DNA of 64,000 bases from Firmicutes bacterium CAG:646 (GTDB lineage: Bacteria > Bacillota > Clostridia > Lachnospirales > Lachnospiraceae). This document shows, in pieces, positions 20,612 through 29,917 of the stretch (positions are counted from its first letter, which is position 1; each line of letters opens with the position of its first letter). The stretch is from positions 10,792 through 74,791 of the forward strand of contig HF995366.1 in the NCBI GenBank assembly GCA_000432335.1. The letters run 5' to 3'. The notes under the pieces were generated by a model. It was not told the origin of the DNA, searched no databases, and saw only the letters and a list, made by a program, of their open reading frames with translations. Made by a program: the position numbers and the translations under genes.

Positions 20612-22342
20612 TTAAAACTGCATCTGATAGAGTCCTGCATAAATGCCGCCCTTTTCCAGCAAACTTTCATGCGTTCCTTCCTCTGCGATTCCATTTTCTG
20701 TGAGCACCAGAATCCTCTGGGCATTGCGGATAGTGGAAAGGCGATGAGCGATCACAAAAGTAGTTCTGTCCTTTGCCAGTTTTTCCAAAGACTGCTGCAC
20801 AATCTTCTCGCTCTCATTGTCAAGCGCCGAAGTAGCTTCATCAAAAATCAACACCGGCGGATTTTTCAAAAATACCCGGGCAATGGAAAGCCGTTGTTTC
20901 TGTCCTCCGGAAAGCTTCACACCTCTCTGTCCAATATCCGTCTCATAGCCCTGAGGAAGTCCCATAATAAATTCATGTGCATTTGCCGCCATAGCCGCCC
21001 GGATCACCTCTTCATCCGATGCATCCGGCTTACCATATCGAATATTATCCATAACATTTCCTGCAAACAAGTACACATCCTGCTGCACAATACCGATCTG
21101 ACGACGAAGCTCCTTCAATTTTATATCCCGGATATCCTTTCCGTCCAAACGGATACTTCCCGAAGTAACATCGTAAAATCGCGGAATCATGGAACACAGC
21201 GTCGTTTTTCCCGCACCGCTGCTTCCCACAAGCGCTACATATTCTCCCGGCTTCACTTTCAGATTCACATGAGAAAGTACATTTTCCTCGCTATCTTCAT
21301 AATGGAAACTTACGTCATCAAACTCTATATCACCCTGCACGTTTGTCACGCTCACCGCATCGGGACGATCTGCAATGTCAGGCGCAATACTCATGATTTC
21401 CAGAAAACGTTCGTAACCACTGTAGCCATTCTGGAATTGTTCGGTAAAATTCACCAATTTCTTGACCGGCTCTGTAAAATTGTTAATATACAGAAGGAAA
21501 GTTACCAGATCTGCTGCATTCAACTCTCCCACTGCCATCAGATACGCTCCCATAATCAGAGAACCCACCGTGATCAACGTAGAAAATGCTCCCATACCAG
21601 AATGATAGATTCCCATATATTTATAGCTTCTTCGCTTGGAGGCCACGAAACGGGCATTTCCCTCTTTGAACTTTTCCATTTCCTTCTTTTCATTACTGAA
21701 AGATTTTACCACACGGATTCCCGAAAGACTGTCCTCGATCTGGCTGTTGATATCCGCAATGCGGGCACGATTTTCTTTAAATGCACTTTTCATCTTCTTA
21801 TTCAGAGCAACCGCATACACTAACATCACCAGCACAATTCCGATCGCTACTAACGCCAGTTTCACATTCACCGTCACCAGAATAAGAAATGCTCCCACCA
21901 ACTTGATCACTGAGATCACAACATCTTCCGGACCATGATGAAGCAATTCCGTAATATCAAAAAGATCGCTGGTAATTCTGGAAAGAAGATGACCTACTTT
22001 CTGATTGTCATAAAAGGCAAACGACAATTTCTGATAGTGAGCAAAAATCTCATTTCGCATATCATGCTCAATCTTTGCCCCCATCAAGTGACCGTAATAG
22101 GTAATAAAGAAATTACAAAAACCTTCCAGCGCCACCATTGCCACCATGACAATTCCCAACTGAACAATAATTTTTGTAGACTCTGCCAGAGGCATTTCCA
22201 CCACCGTTCCGGTAATATAACGAACCATCAGCGGTATGATCAGCGTGATGGCTGCCCCCAGCATGGCAAAAAACATGTCTGCCCAGAAAAGTCCACGATA
22301 CGGCTTATAATAAGCCGCAAGTTTCTTTAACTTGTGATCCAT
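20612..22342 (-). CDS. ABC transporter, fused permease/ATP-binding protein (MsbA-like exporter)
   Basis: Six-TM domain plus Walker A GSSGAGKTT, signature LSGGQKQR, Walker B ILIFDEATSALD. Confidence 0.88.
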   Translation of the reverse strand: MDHKLKKLAAYYKPYRGLFWADMFFAMLGAAITLIIPLMVRYITGTVVEMPLAESTKIIVQLGIVMVAMVALEGFCNFFITYYGHLMGAKIEHDMRNEIFAHYQKLSFAFYDNQKVGHLLSRITSDLFDITELLHHGPEDVVISVIKLVGAFLILVTVNVKLALVAIGIVLVMLVYAVALNKKMKSAFKENRARIADINSQIEDSLSGIRVVKSFSNEKKEMEKFKEGNARFVASKRRSYKYMGIYHSGMGAFSTLITVGSLIMGAYLMAVGELNAADLVTFLLYINNFTEPVKKLVNFTEQFQNGYSGYERFLEIMSIAPDIADRPDAVSVTNVQGDIEFDDVSFHYEDSEENVLSHVNLKVKPGEYVALVGSSGAGKTTLCSMIPRFYDVTSGSIRLDGKDIRDIKLKELRRQIGIVQQDVYLFAGNVMDNIRYGKPDASDEEVIRAAMAANAHEFIMGLPQGYETDIGQRGVKLSGGQKQRLSIARVFLKNPPVLIFDEATSALDNESEKIVQQSLEKLAKDRTTFVIAHRLSTIRNAQRILVLTENGIAEEGTHESLLEKGGIYAGLYQMQF

Positions 22343-22451
22343 TTTCATTCATCCTCCCATAAAAAATCATATGGTCAGTATAAAGGCTTTCTTATAAAAA
22401 ATCAATCCATCACCCGGACTGTTTTTCACTTTCTCGCCCAAAATACAGCGT

Positions 22452-22500
22452 GCAAAAAAGCTGCTGTATCTCTATTCTTGAAATACAACAGCTTTCTTTT
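22452..22500. terminator. Terminator hairpin downstream of the oadG-like gene
   Basis: AAGCTGCTGTAT...ATACAACAGCTT, with A and T tracts on either side. Confidence 0.65.
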
Positions 22501-22509
22501 CACATTTTT

Positions 22510-22656
22510 TTATTCTTCTTCATCGTCTTTTTTTCCACCAATTTTTCCCATGATGAAAACACAGACCATAATAATCAGAATCGTTACAAAGATTCCCAGC
22601 ATTCCTTTCCACATGATATCCAGAGAATCCAGAATATTTGCCATATTTAAATGCAT
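22510..22656 (-). CDS. OadG-like small membrane subunit of a Na+-translocating decarboxylase (48 aa; not in the ORF track)
   Basis: My translation: MHLNMANILDSLDIMWKGMLGIFVTILIIMVCVFIMGKIGGKKDDEEE. It fits the OadG pattern (LxxGxxLMxxGMGxVF...). RBS AAGGAGG 7 nt upstream. Lies 12 nt after the oadB stop. Confidence 0.5.
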   Translation of the reverse strand: MHLNMANILDSLDIMWKGMLGIFVTILIIMVCVFIMGKIGGKKDDEEE

Positions 22657-22668
22657 ATGCTTACCTCC

Positions 22669-23805
22669 TTACAGCATACTGGTTACAAGATTGATAACCA
22701 TTCCACCGGCGATTACAGAAGCAATCTGTCCGGACACATTTGCGCCTGCTGCGTGCATAAGAATGATATTGGTAGGATCTTCCTGCATAGCAATCTTCTG
22801 AACCACACGGGAAGACATCGGGAATGCGGAGATTCCTGCGCCACCAATCATCGGGTTAATCTTCTTCTTCAGGAAAAGATTAATAAACTTCGCAAACAAA
22901 ACGCCGCCGATCGTATCCATTACGAACGCAAACAAACCTATCGCCATGATCATAATTGTCTGAACTGTTACAAAGTTCTCTGCCTGCATACTGAAAGAAA
23001 TTGTGATACCCAGAAGCAGCGTGATCAGATTTGCCAGATTATTCTGTGCAGTATCAGACATTGTTCCCAAAACACCACATTCACGGATCAGATTACCAAA
23101 CATCAGGAAACCAACCAGCGCTACGGACTGAGGCGCGATCATACCAACTACTAACGTAACTACGATAGGAAATGCAATACGCATTTTACGGCTTACACTC
23201 TTTGGATTATACTCCATATGGATGCAGCGCTCTTTCTTTGTAGTAACCAGCTTGATCGCTGCTGGCTGAATAATCGGAACCAACGCCATGTAAGAATAAG
23301 CAGCAACCGCGATAGCGCCAATATATTTAGAGTTCAGAATCTGAGATACCAAAATAGAGGTAGGACCATCTGCAGCGCCAATGATACCGATAGAAGCGGC
23401 ATCTTTCATATCAAATCCTAAAAATGCTGCCAGCAGGATTGCTGCAAAGATACCAAACTGAGCTCCCGCTCCAAATAAGAACATGACGGGATTAGACAAA
23501 AGCGGTCCAAAATCAATCATTGCTCCGATACCGATAAACAGCAGAATCGGCATCGCCTCGGATGCATTGATACCCACATCAAATAACCAGGAAATAATAC
23601 CATGTGATTCGATACCTCCCTGTAATACCTGATCCAAAACACCAGACATGGGAAGGTTTACCAGAATTGCTCCAAATCCCATGGGAAGCAGCAGAGACGG
23701 CTCGTACTCTTTGCGGATTGCCAGCCAGATCAGCAAAATTCCCACGGCATACATGACAACCTGCTTCCAGGTCAGGCTCATAATGCCCTCAATTAAAAAC
23801 TCCAT
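22669..23805 (-). CDS. oadB: Na+-translocating decarboxylase beta subunit (OadB/GcdB/MmdB family)
   Basis: 378 aa, about 10 TM helices, with blocks typical of OadB (GAILVNLPMSG, GIIGAADGPTS, FGNLIRECGV, GGAGISAFPMS). RBS GAAGGAG. Confidence 0.85.
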   Translation of the reverse strand: MEFLIEGIMSLTWKQVVMYAVGILLIWLAIRKEYEPSLLLPMGFGAILVNLPMSGVLDQVLQGGIESHGIISWLFDVGINASEAMPILLFIGIGAMIDFGPLLSNPVMFLFGAGAQFGIFAAILLAAFLGFDMKDAASIGIIGAADGPTSILVSQILNSKYIGAIAVAAYSYMALVPIIQPAAIKLVTTKKERCIHMEYNPKSVSRKMRIAFPIVVTLVVGMIAPQSVALVGFLMFGNLIRECGVLGTMSDTAQNNLANLITLLLGITISFSMQAENFVTVQTIMIMAIGLFAFVMDTIGGVLFAKFINLFLKKKINPMIGGAGISAFPMSSRVVQKIAMQEDPTNIILMHAAGANVSGQIASVIAGGMVINLVTSML

Positions 23806-23883
23806 ACATATAACTCCTTCTATTTTATTTTGAAAAGATACCGCTGCCGAAAGCCCCTTCCTCAAGTGCCAAAAAACACCTCT

Positions 23884-23934
23884 GCAAAGAAAAAAGACTC
23901 TTACTGCAGCATCTGAAACTGCAATAAAAGTCTC
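23884..23934 (-). terminator. Strong intrinsic terminator inside the oadB 5' leader
   Basis: Minus strand GAGACUUUUAUUGCAG-uuucagaug-CUGCAGUAAGAGUCUU followed by UUUUCUUUG. 16-bp stem including 3 G-U pairs. Confidence 0.7.
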
Positions 23935-24027
23935 GCTATTTCAATCCTCCGCGGGCTGCATATAGATACAACCGATATGACGCAGAAAATCCACCGCAGT
24001 GGCAGCTACTCCCTTTCATCTGGACTA

Positions 24028-24056
24028 ATTATAAACAATCTATAAACTGTTGTCAA
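24028..24056 (-). promoter_or_regulatory. Consensus sigma-A promoter driving the oadB leader
   Basis: Minus strand TTGACA - 17 nt - TATAAT, exact consensus hexamers. Confidence 0.7.
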
Positions 24057-24084
24057 TTCTTTTGTTTTATTGTAGCTGGGGAAA

Positions 24085-25263
24085 TTAGCTGCCATATTTT
24101 TTTAATTCTTCCAGCCTGCGAAAAAACATTTCTTTCCATTCTCTTCGATTTTCAAAAATCTCCTCATCAATCTCCTGGATCTGATGAAGACCAATCTCTT
24201 TCACCGCTTCGATTGCCGCTTCTCTCTGTGTCTTCTTTTCCGGATATATCGGCTGGCAATTCGCTCCGTCTATCGTGTCATAACTTCCAAAACTTTGATT
24301 AAAGTCCATAATCGGATACAAAGATACGTATTCGTTCGTCCGATTATCTACCAAAAATCCCCAGTTCTCCGGATGGCGATCTATATTACCAACCAAATAA
24401 TCCAGTATATTCATACCATAATAGGTTTCTTTGTCTATTCTTATACACTCTTTTAATACATCCAAATCATGATTTTCCGCATATATTTCAAATGCCATCT
24501 TAGATACAATGGAATACTTCGGAGATGTAATAAGCCTACTCTTCGTCACCTTTTGTCCAGCGTAAGAGCCTTCTTCATATCTCACTTGTTTAAAGTCAAA
24601 ACACTGACATAAACTGCTTGCCAATAATTCTTTTTGAACAACCTCCTCACCACCATCTTTTAACAAAATAGAATCTTTTCCTCTCCTGATCCACGCTTTC
24701 GGAAAACACCCCCTCGTGGACAAATCTGGCGCCAGTTCCTGATTTGTAACTGTCATCGGTTTTCCTCGCAAAGAAAGCTTCACAACTGCCTCATTTAAAG
24801 AATTATCATATAAATTTATCTTTTCATATGAAATTGGTTCATTACTCTTTCTGACCCAATATACATCTGTCAAGGACACACAATGGTAAGACAAGGAGAT
24901 TTTTGCACGATCCCGATCTGTCATCGCCTGCGCCATTCCGATACTGTTCAAAATTTCTTTCGCATATTTTCTATCCAGAGACAATACCCGCGAAGCGCAC
25001 CAATGATAAAAATTCTCCATATTATTAAGCAACATATCAAAATCATCAGTCTCTTCCAAATAAAGATCATAGGGCATAAACTTTTCATCATAAACACTAA
25101 CTCGTCCTCGAGTATTAATCTCTGCCACTTTTCGTTCTCCATGCATGATATCATAACTTGTAATGTTATTTTTTTGTCTTTTTCTCTGGGTATTCTTATT
25201 TAATTCTATAATTCCCTGTCCCAACAAACTATTTTCCAAACAATCACCCCTTCTATTATTCAC
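24085..25263 (-). CDS. HipA-like kinase domain protein (putative toxin)
   Basis: 392 aa. The motif LVGNIDRHPENWGFLVD resembles the HipA catalytic loop (D-x-H-x-K-N) with E in place of K. An XRE gene lies directly upstream. Confidence 0.45.
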   Translation of the reverse strand: MNNRRGDCLENSLLGQGIIELNKNTQRKRQKNNITSYDIMHGERKVAEINTRGRVSVYDEKFMPYDLYLEETDDFDMLLNNMENFYHWCASRVLSLDRKYAKEILNSIGMAQAMTDRDRAKISLSYHCVSLTDVYWVRKSNEPISYEKINLYDNSLNEAVVKLSLRGKPMTVTNQELAPDLSTRGCFPKAWIRRGKDSILLKDGGEEVVQKELLASSLCQCFDFKQVRYEEGSYAGQKVTKSRLITSPKYSIVSKMAFEIYAENHDLDVLKECIRIDKETYYGMNILDYLVGNIDRHPENWGFLVDNRTNEYVSLYPIMDFNQSFGSYDTIDGANCQPIYPEKKTQREAAIEAVKEIGLHQIQEIDEEIFENRREWKEMFFRRLEELKKYGS

Positions 25264-25349
25264 TATACAAAATATATTCCGCTTATCCTTCTGTATTATA
25301 TTTTATCAAAAACACTTCATTTTTTAAGCCCTTAAAGACCTTTTTAAAT

Positions 25350-25631
25350 TTATTTTTCCTTCGCCACCAACTCAACCTGCCATGTCCTCCCTAATGCTGC
25401 TGCGATCCGCACCATCATTTCCAGAGATGGATTGTAATTGCCGCTTTCAAATCTTGTAATATTGCTTCTTGGAACTCCTGCCCTCTTCGCAAGTTCTTCC
25501 TGGGTAATTCCCTGTGTTTTCCGACAGCACACATACTGTTCAACAACAGATTGTCTCGCACTTTTCTGTTCTACCTCTATTAAAATCTTTTGTTCACCTG
25601 ATGTATAAATATAATCCATACTATTTCTCAT
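25350..25631 (-). CDS. XRE family HTH transcriptional regulator (HipB-like position)
   Basis: QGITQEELAKRAGVPRSNITRFESGNYNPSLEMMVRIAAALG. Confidence 0.75.
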   Translation of the reverse strand: MRNSMDYIYTSGEQKILIEVEQKSARQSVVEQYVCCRKTQGITQEELAKRAGVPRSNITRFESGNYNPSLEMMVRIAAALGRTWQVELVAKEK

Positions 25632-26006
25632 AATTTGAATCCTCTTCTTCCATATGTATATGCAAATGCTTCCTGACTTTCTTATATGCTGAACAAAATT
25701 TTCCTGCAGCGTAATCTATTTTATCTACACATATAAACGCTTTCCCCTTTTCTGTATTCACCATTAAAATATCTCCTGGAACAACTGGTAATTTTAACGT
25801 ATATATCCAAATATATCGTTTCCTGCCCTTTTTCTCCATCTGCCATCAGAAAACTTAACGTGCATTCCTCTGACAACCTTTCGAAGCGGCTGCCCAGATA
25901 CCATTTCACAAATATCTGCATGTATATTATATTTTTTCGCCAGAAGATATGAGATATGACCATCTCTGAGCTGTCTGTCTTCATCTACTACAATCGCATG
26001 AGGCAA
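25621..26006 (-). pseudogene. Probable remnants of a response-regulator receiver domain spread over three reading frames
   Basis: Frame A AIVVDEDRQLRDGHISYLL resembles the beta1-alpha1 of the LytTR regulator at 29205. Frame C ETIYLDIYV carries the LDI phospho-acceptor motif. Frame B continues to the XRE start. Confidence 0.3.
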
Positions 26007-26101
26007 TTTTCCATTACGGTCAATCTATTTGTTTTACTTTAAAATAAAAGTTCAGTCATTCGACTGTGGATTGAAATATGAATAAATATTATTTTGTTCA
26101 A

Positions 26102-26171
26102 CTAAGGAACCCTTCCATCTGTCATCTTCTCAATTTCAATGAAACAAATGATAGATGGAAGGGCTCCTTAG
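26102..26171. repeat. 19-bp inverted repeat (one mismatch) with a 32-nt spacer
   Basis: CTAAGGAACCCTTCCATCT ... AGATGGAAGGGCTCCTTAG followed by TTTTCTATCC. Confidence 0.7.
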
Positions 26172-26214
26172 TTTTCTATCCCTATCACTTATCTTTTACG
26201 CCAGCACTACCTTT

Positions 26215-28305
26215 TCACATAACAATTTTCTCTGCCTTATACATAGCATATTTGTAAACAGCATACAAAATCATTCCCATCCCCAACAACATACCTGCCA
26301 GAATTGTAAGAGCTTTTGCCTCAACCCCATTGATCATTCCATCATTCATAAAATTCATAACGAAGGCAAAGACAAATCCCAGAACGCAGCCGATGACTCC
26401 CGGATACTGTACAATACGTGCAATCTGCTTTTTCAGAATATTTTTCTTATAGCGTGTATCTGCCCCGAGTTTCGTAAGACTTTCAAAAAGTCCTTTATTA
26501 TCTGTTGCCACGGAGATGCTTCTGACATACGCCATTACACTGACTGCTGCCAGAGATATAATGAAGATATAAAGACTTAACATTACGTAAACACTGATCA
26601 GCTGCATTCTGTCCTGAGCGGTAACAATGTTGAACTGTGGCGCATATTTCCAATCTCCAAGGAGCATATTATTGTCTATGGTCATGTTGATTTTGTCCCC
26701 ATAATCATACTCTTCTCCTGCCTCGTCCGCCATTTTCTGCGCCCATATGTTCCAGTAACCCATATGATTTGAAAGATCGGTAGCCCGTTCTACATACTGA
26801 GCCAGAAGGTCTTTGGCAAAATCATAAGACTCTTCCACATTAACTGCATTAAAAGAAATAATATTTTCTTTATATGCATCATCCAATCCTTCTGTCATCT
26901 TTCGATACTCTTCATCCCCCACCACATAGGCAAATGGTTCACTGAATGGCGCCAGAATATCGCTCTCCACACTTCCACCATAAGTAAGAGGATAAATCTC
27001 TCCGGTATTTGGATTCATAACTTCCTGTAATCCATCTTCATACTCAAAGAATCCATTATAATCGGTTGTCGTAACCGTCTGATAAGCGCCCGGTTCTACT
27101 GCAAGATCCTGTCCTGACAGCTTTTCAAAATCACTTTCTGAAACAAAAAGAGCTGCCATTTCTTTATCCTTGTAAACCTCAATATATCGACTGGTTTCCT
27201 CGTCAAAATCCTTTGCCCGATAGGAAACAACAAGATTCGAAGCTACATTTTCTGTAAAATCAGTCACTTCTATTTTATAAGAAGCGGCGGTGTCATAGAT
27301 CTCTTCTTTTCCAATCTGATCTTCTGCAACAGGATAATGAAGGGAAAAATCCTTGCTGTTTTCCGTATCTATCCCACCTCCTGCCAGTACATACTGCATT
27401 CCATAAAAGGCAGAAAAACCACACACAAAGATAAGAAGGGTCATCACACACATATTCTTTGTAGTTGCTTTTGCCGTAAATCGCATAAGACTAATGGAGA
27501 CAAGATTTCCATAATATTTTTTTCTATTTTTCTTTGCGCGGCTCTGGGCAACTGCCGACAAAAGAATAAAATAAATTCCCACAAGAGACAGTAAATAAAA
27601 GAGATTTACAATGCCCGGAAGCCCAATTCCAAAGACTCTTGCTGCTATCTGGGGAAGTCCTGCCCCAAGCAAAATTCCAAGAATCGTCAAAACTACTCCT
27701 ACCGGAAAAGTCCAACTTTTAATTTCTTTTACCATCTCCGTTTTCTGTTGTGTGCGAAGAATCTCCATAATATCAGAGCGGTTAATAAATCTTCTTCCTG
27801 CAAGCCCCAGAACACCGGCAAGAATACAGGCAAAAAGAATTCCAGGGAAAAATCCAACTACTCCAAAACGATACGTCATCTGTCCATTAGAAATAATAAA
27901 CAGCTCAAACAATTTCCAAATCAGGAAAGATACCGGAACGGATACAAGCAGCCCCAGAAAGGAAGACAGCGCCGTAACCACTGAAAGTTCCTTAAAAAGA
28001 AGCCCTTTCAACTGTCTTTTTTCAGTTCCTAACGCCATTAATATTCCATACTCTCTCGCCTTAAAACGAAAAAACAGCCCGGAAGCATATACAGTAAATA
28101 CAAAACATCCCACCGCAGTTACCCCCAGAAGCAGAGATGCCATTTTTCTTGTATCTCCTCCTTCCGGGAGAAACGCCTGCACCGTTGGTCCAAAATACAT
28201 CAGTGAAAAAGAAGTCACAAGAAGGACAGACAAAAACACGCAGAAGCTTAACAAATAATACTGTCCCTTTGTGTTTTTCCGAAGTTTTTTATAAATCTTA
28301 TTCAT
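26215..28305 (-). CDS. ABC transporter permease with two FtsX-type domains (MacB/BceB-like)
   Basis: About 690 aa, TM clusters at both ends, large extracytoplasmic domain. Start MNKIYKK is 9 nt after GGAGGAG. Sits 2 nt downstream of the ATPase gene. Confidence 0.8.
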   Translation of the reverse strand: MNKIYKKLRKNTKGQYYLLSFCVFLSVLLVTSFSLMYFGPTVQAFLPEGGDTRKMASLLLGVTAVGCFVFTVYASGLFFRFKAREYGILMALGTEKRQLKGLLFKELSVVTALSSFLGLLVSVPVSFLIWKLFELFIISNGQMTYRFGVVGFFPGILFACILAGVLGLAGRRFINRSDIMEILRTQQKTEMVKEIKSWTFPVGVVLTILGILLGAGLPQIAARVFGIGLPGIVNLFYLLSLVGIYFILLSAVAQSRAKKNRKKYYGNLVSISLMRFTAKATTKNMCVMTLLIFVCGFSAFYGMQYVLAGGGIDTENSKDFSLHYPVAEDQIGKEEIYDTAASYKIEVTDFTENVASNLVVSYRAKDFDEETSRYIEVYKDKEMAALFVSESDFEKLSGQDLAVEPGAYQTVTTTDYNGFFEYEDGLQEVMNPNTGEIYPLTYGGSVESDILAPFSEPFAYVVGDEEYRKMTEGLDDAYKENIISFNAVNVEESYDFAKDLLAQYVERATDLSNHMGYWNIWAQKMADEAGEEYDYGDKINMTIDNNMLLGDWKYAPQFNIVTAQDRMQLISVYVMLSLYIFIISLAAVSVMAYVRSISVATDNKGLFESLTKLGADTRYKKNILKKQIARIVQYPGVIGCVLGFVFAFVMNFMNDGMINGVEAKALTILAGMLLGMGMILYAVYKYAMYKAEKIVM

Positions 28306-29050
28306 TGTCTTCATCTCCTCCAAGCTCTCTCAAAATATCCAGAAGCTCATCCATAAATTCCCGCCGTGTTCCTGTACGTTTCACTTCCTGGTGAATCTCT
28401 CCATCTTTTAAAACAACAACTCTGTCGCAGAAAGAAGCCGCATAGCTGTCATGGGTCACCATAAAAATTGTAGCCCCGATCTGCTCTTTTGCCTGCAAAA
28501 AGGCATCGATTACTGCCTTGCAGGATTTACTGTCCAAATTTCCTGTGGGCTCGTCCGCTAAAATGATATACGGATTATTCATAAGCGCTCTTGCAACGGC
28601 TGTTCTTTGTTTTTCACCGCCGGAAATTTCCGCCGGGTACTTATCCATAATCTTCTTAATTCCAAACAAACTGCATAATTTCTCTGATTTTGCCTCCATC
28701 TGCGCGATAGGTTTCTTTGCAATAATCTGTGGAAGACATATATTTTCCCGAACTGTAAGACCATCGAGAAGCATAAAATCCTGAAAAACAAATCCTAACT
28801 TTTCATTCCTTACATGGGCCAACTGACGCTCATCCAAACTTGAAATATCCATATCTCCTAATTGTATATTTCCGCTGTCATGAGGAATAAAACAGGAAAT
28901 ACAGTTTAAAAGCGTTGTCTTTCCGCTCCCGGATGGTCCCATAACCGCTACAAATTCTCCTTTTTTTACATGAAGTGAAACATCCTTCAATACAGGATAT
29001 GTGTTCACACCATTCGTATAACTTTTGTTCAGCTTTTCTACCTTTAACAT
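28298..29050 (-). CDS. ABC transporter ATP-binding protein (MacB/LolD type)
   Basis: MLKVEKLNKSY..GPSGSGKTTLLN...LSGGEKQRTAVARAL...ILADEPTGNLD. RBS AAGGGAGGA. Confidence 0.9.
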   Translation of the reverse strand: MLKVEKLNKSYTNGVNTYPVLKDVSLHVKKGEFVAVMGPSGSGKTTLLNCISCFIPHDSGNIQLGDMDISSLDERQLAHVRNEKLGFVFQDFMLLDGLTVRENICLPQIIAKKPIAQMEAKSEKLCSLFGIKKIMDKYPAEISGGEKQRTAVARALMNNPYIILADEPTGNLDSKSCKAVIDAFLQAKEQIGATIFMVTHDSYAASFCDRVVVLKDGEIHQEVKRTGTRREFMDELLDILRELGGDEDNE

Positions 29051-29204
29051 GCTGCATCCTCCCTTGTCTGTTGTTGCTCTTATTATAAAAAAACAAGTGG
29101 GATATTTCTCTTCTGATCCTGTTATTTTTGACATGGATTTTGTAAAGTTTGTATGGTATGATAATTTCCTAAAGAAATACGATCAGACATCAAGGAGTTA
29201 CACC

Positions 29205-29906
29205 ATGAAAATAGCAATCTGCGATGATGACAAAAAACTTCGCAAAGATTTACGTCATTTAATTGAGATCCATCTTGATCTTATGGCGCTTACTTACGAA
29301 ATAGAGGAATATGAGTCAGGAAATTCCCTTCTTGAACACATGGATAAAGACGAACCGGATATTCTTTTTCTTGATATTGAAATGCCAGGAATGGGAGGTA
29401 TGGCTACAGCCAAAGCCCTTCGAAAGCTCGAGAAAAAGATGTTGATTATCTTCATTACCGCATATCCCGACTATGTATTTCAGGGATATGAAGTACATGC
29501 CTTTCATTATATTTTAAAACCATATGAAAAAAACAAATTAAAGGAAGTGCTGGAAAGCGCTGTAAAAGAGCTTTCTTCGCTGGAAGAGCAGTTCTATCTT
29601 GTACAGCAAAAATCTGGAACTCTCCGTCTCAGCATCCGTGAAATCTCTTATTTTAAGAGTGACAGGCGCAACGTATGCGCCGTACAAAAAAACGGTGAAC
29701 AGGTTTCTTTTTATGAAAAATTAGATGAGGTGGAAGCAAAACTTCCTGATTTTTTTCAGCGCATCCACAACCGTTATCTTGTGAATATGAACTATATTTC
29801 CAAAATAGAAAGTTCTTCCTGCATCTGCAACGGAGAAGAACTTCCTGTAAGCCGCGCTTATAAACAGCCCCTTGCAGTTTCCTTTGCAAAAATAATGTTA
29901 AACTAA
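29205..29906 (+). CDS. LytTR family response regulator
   Basis: Receiver MKIAICDDD...ILFLDIEMPGMGG...ILKPY and a C-terminal LytTR domain (SIREISYFKSDRRNV...). RBS AAGGAG. Confidence 0.85.
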   Translation: MKIAICDDDKKLRKDLRHLIEIHLDLMALTYEIEEYESGNSLLEHMDKDEPDILFLDIEMPGMGGMATAKALRKLEKKMLIIFITAYPDYVFQGYEVHAFHYILKPYEKNKLKEVLESAVKELSSLEEQFYLVQQKSGTLRLSIREISYFKSDRRNVCAVQKNGEQVSFYEKLDEVEAKLPDFFQRIHNRYLVNMNYISKIESSSCICNGEELPVSRAYKQPLAVSFAKIMLN

Positions 29907-29917
29907 GGAGCCGCCTT

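Noticed and set aside
20669-21823. 384-aa plus-strand ORF
   Set aside because: It is antisense to the ABC exporter gene, whose Walker/signature motifs are unambiguous.
26078-26260. 59-codon plus-strand ORF spanning the 19-bp inverted repeat
   Set aside because: No RBS. It consists largely of the inverted-repeat arms. Likely non-coding.
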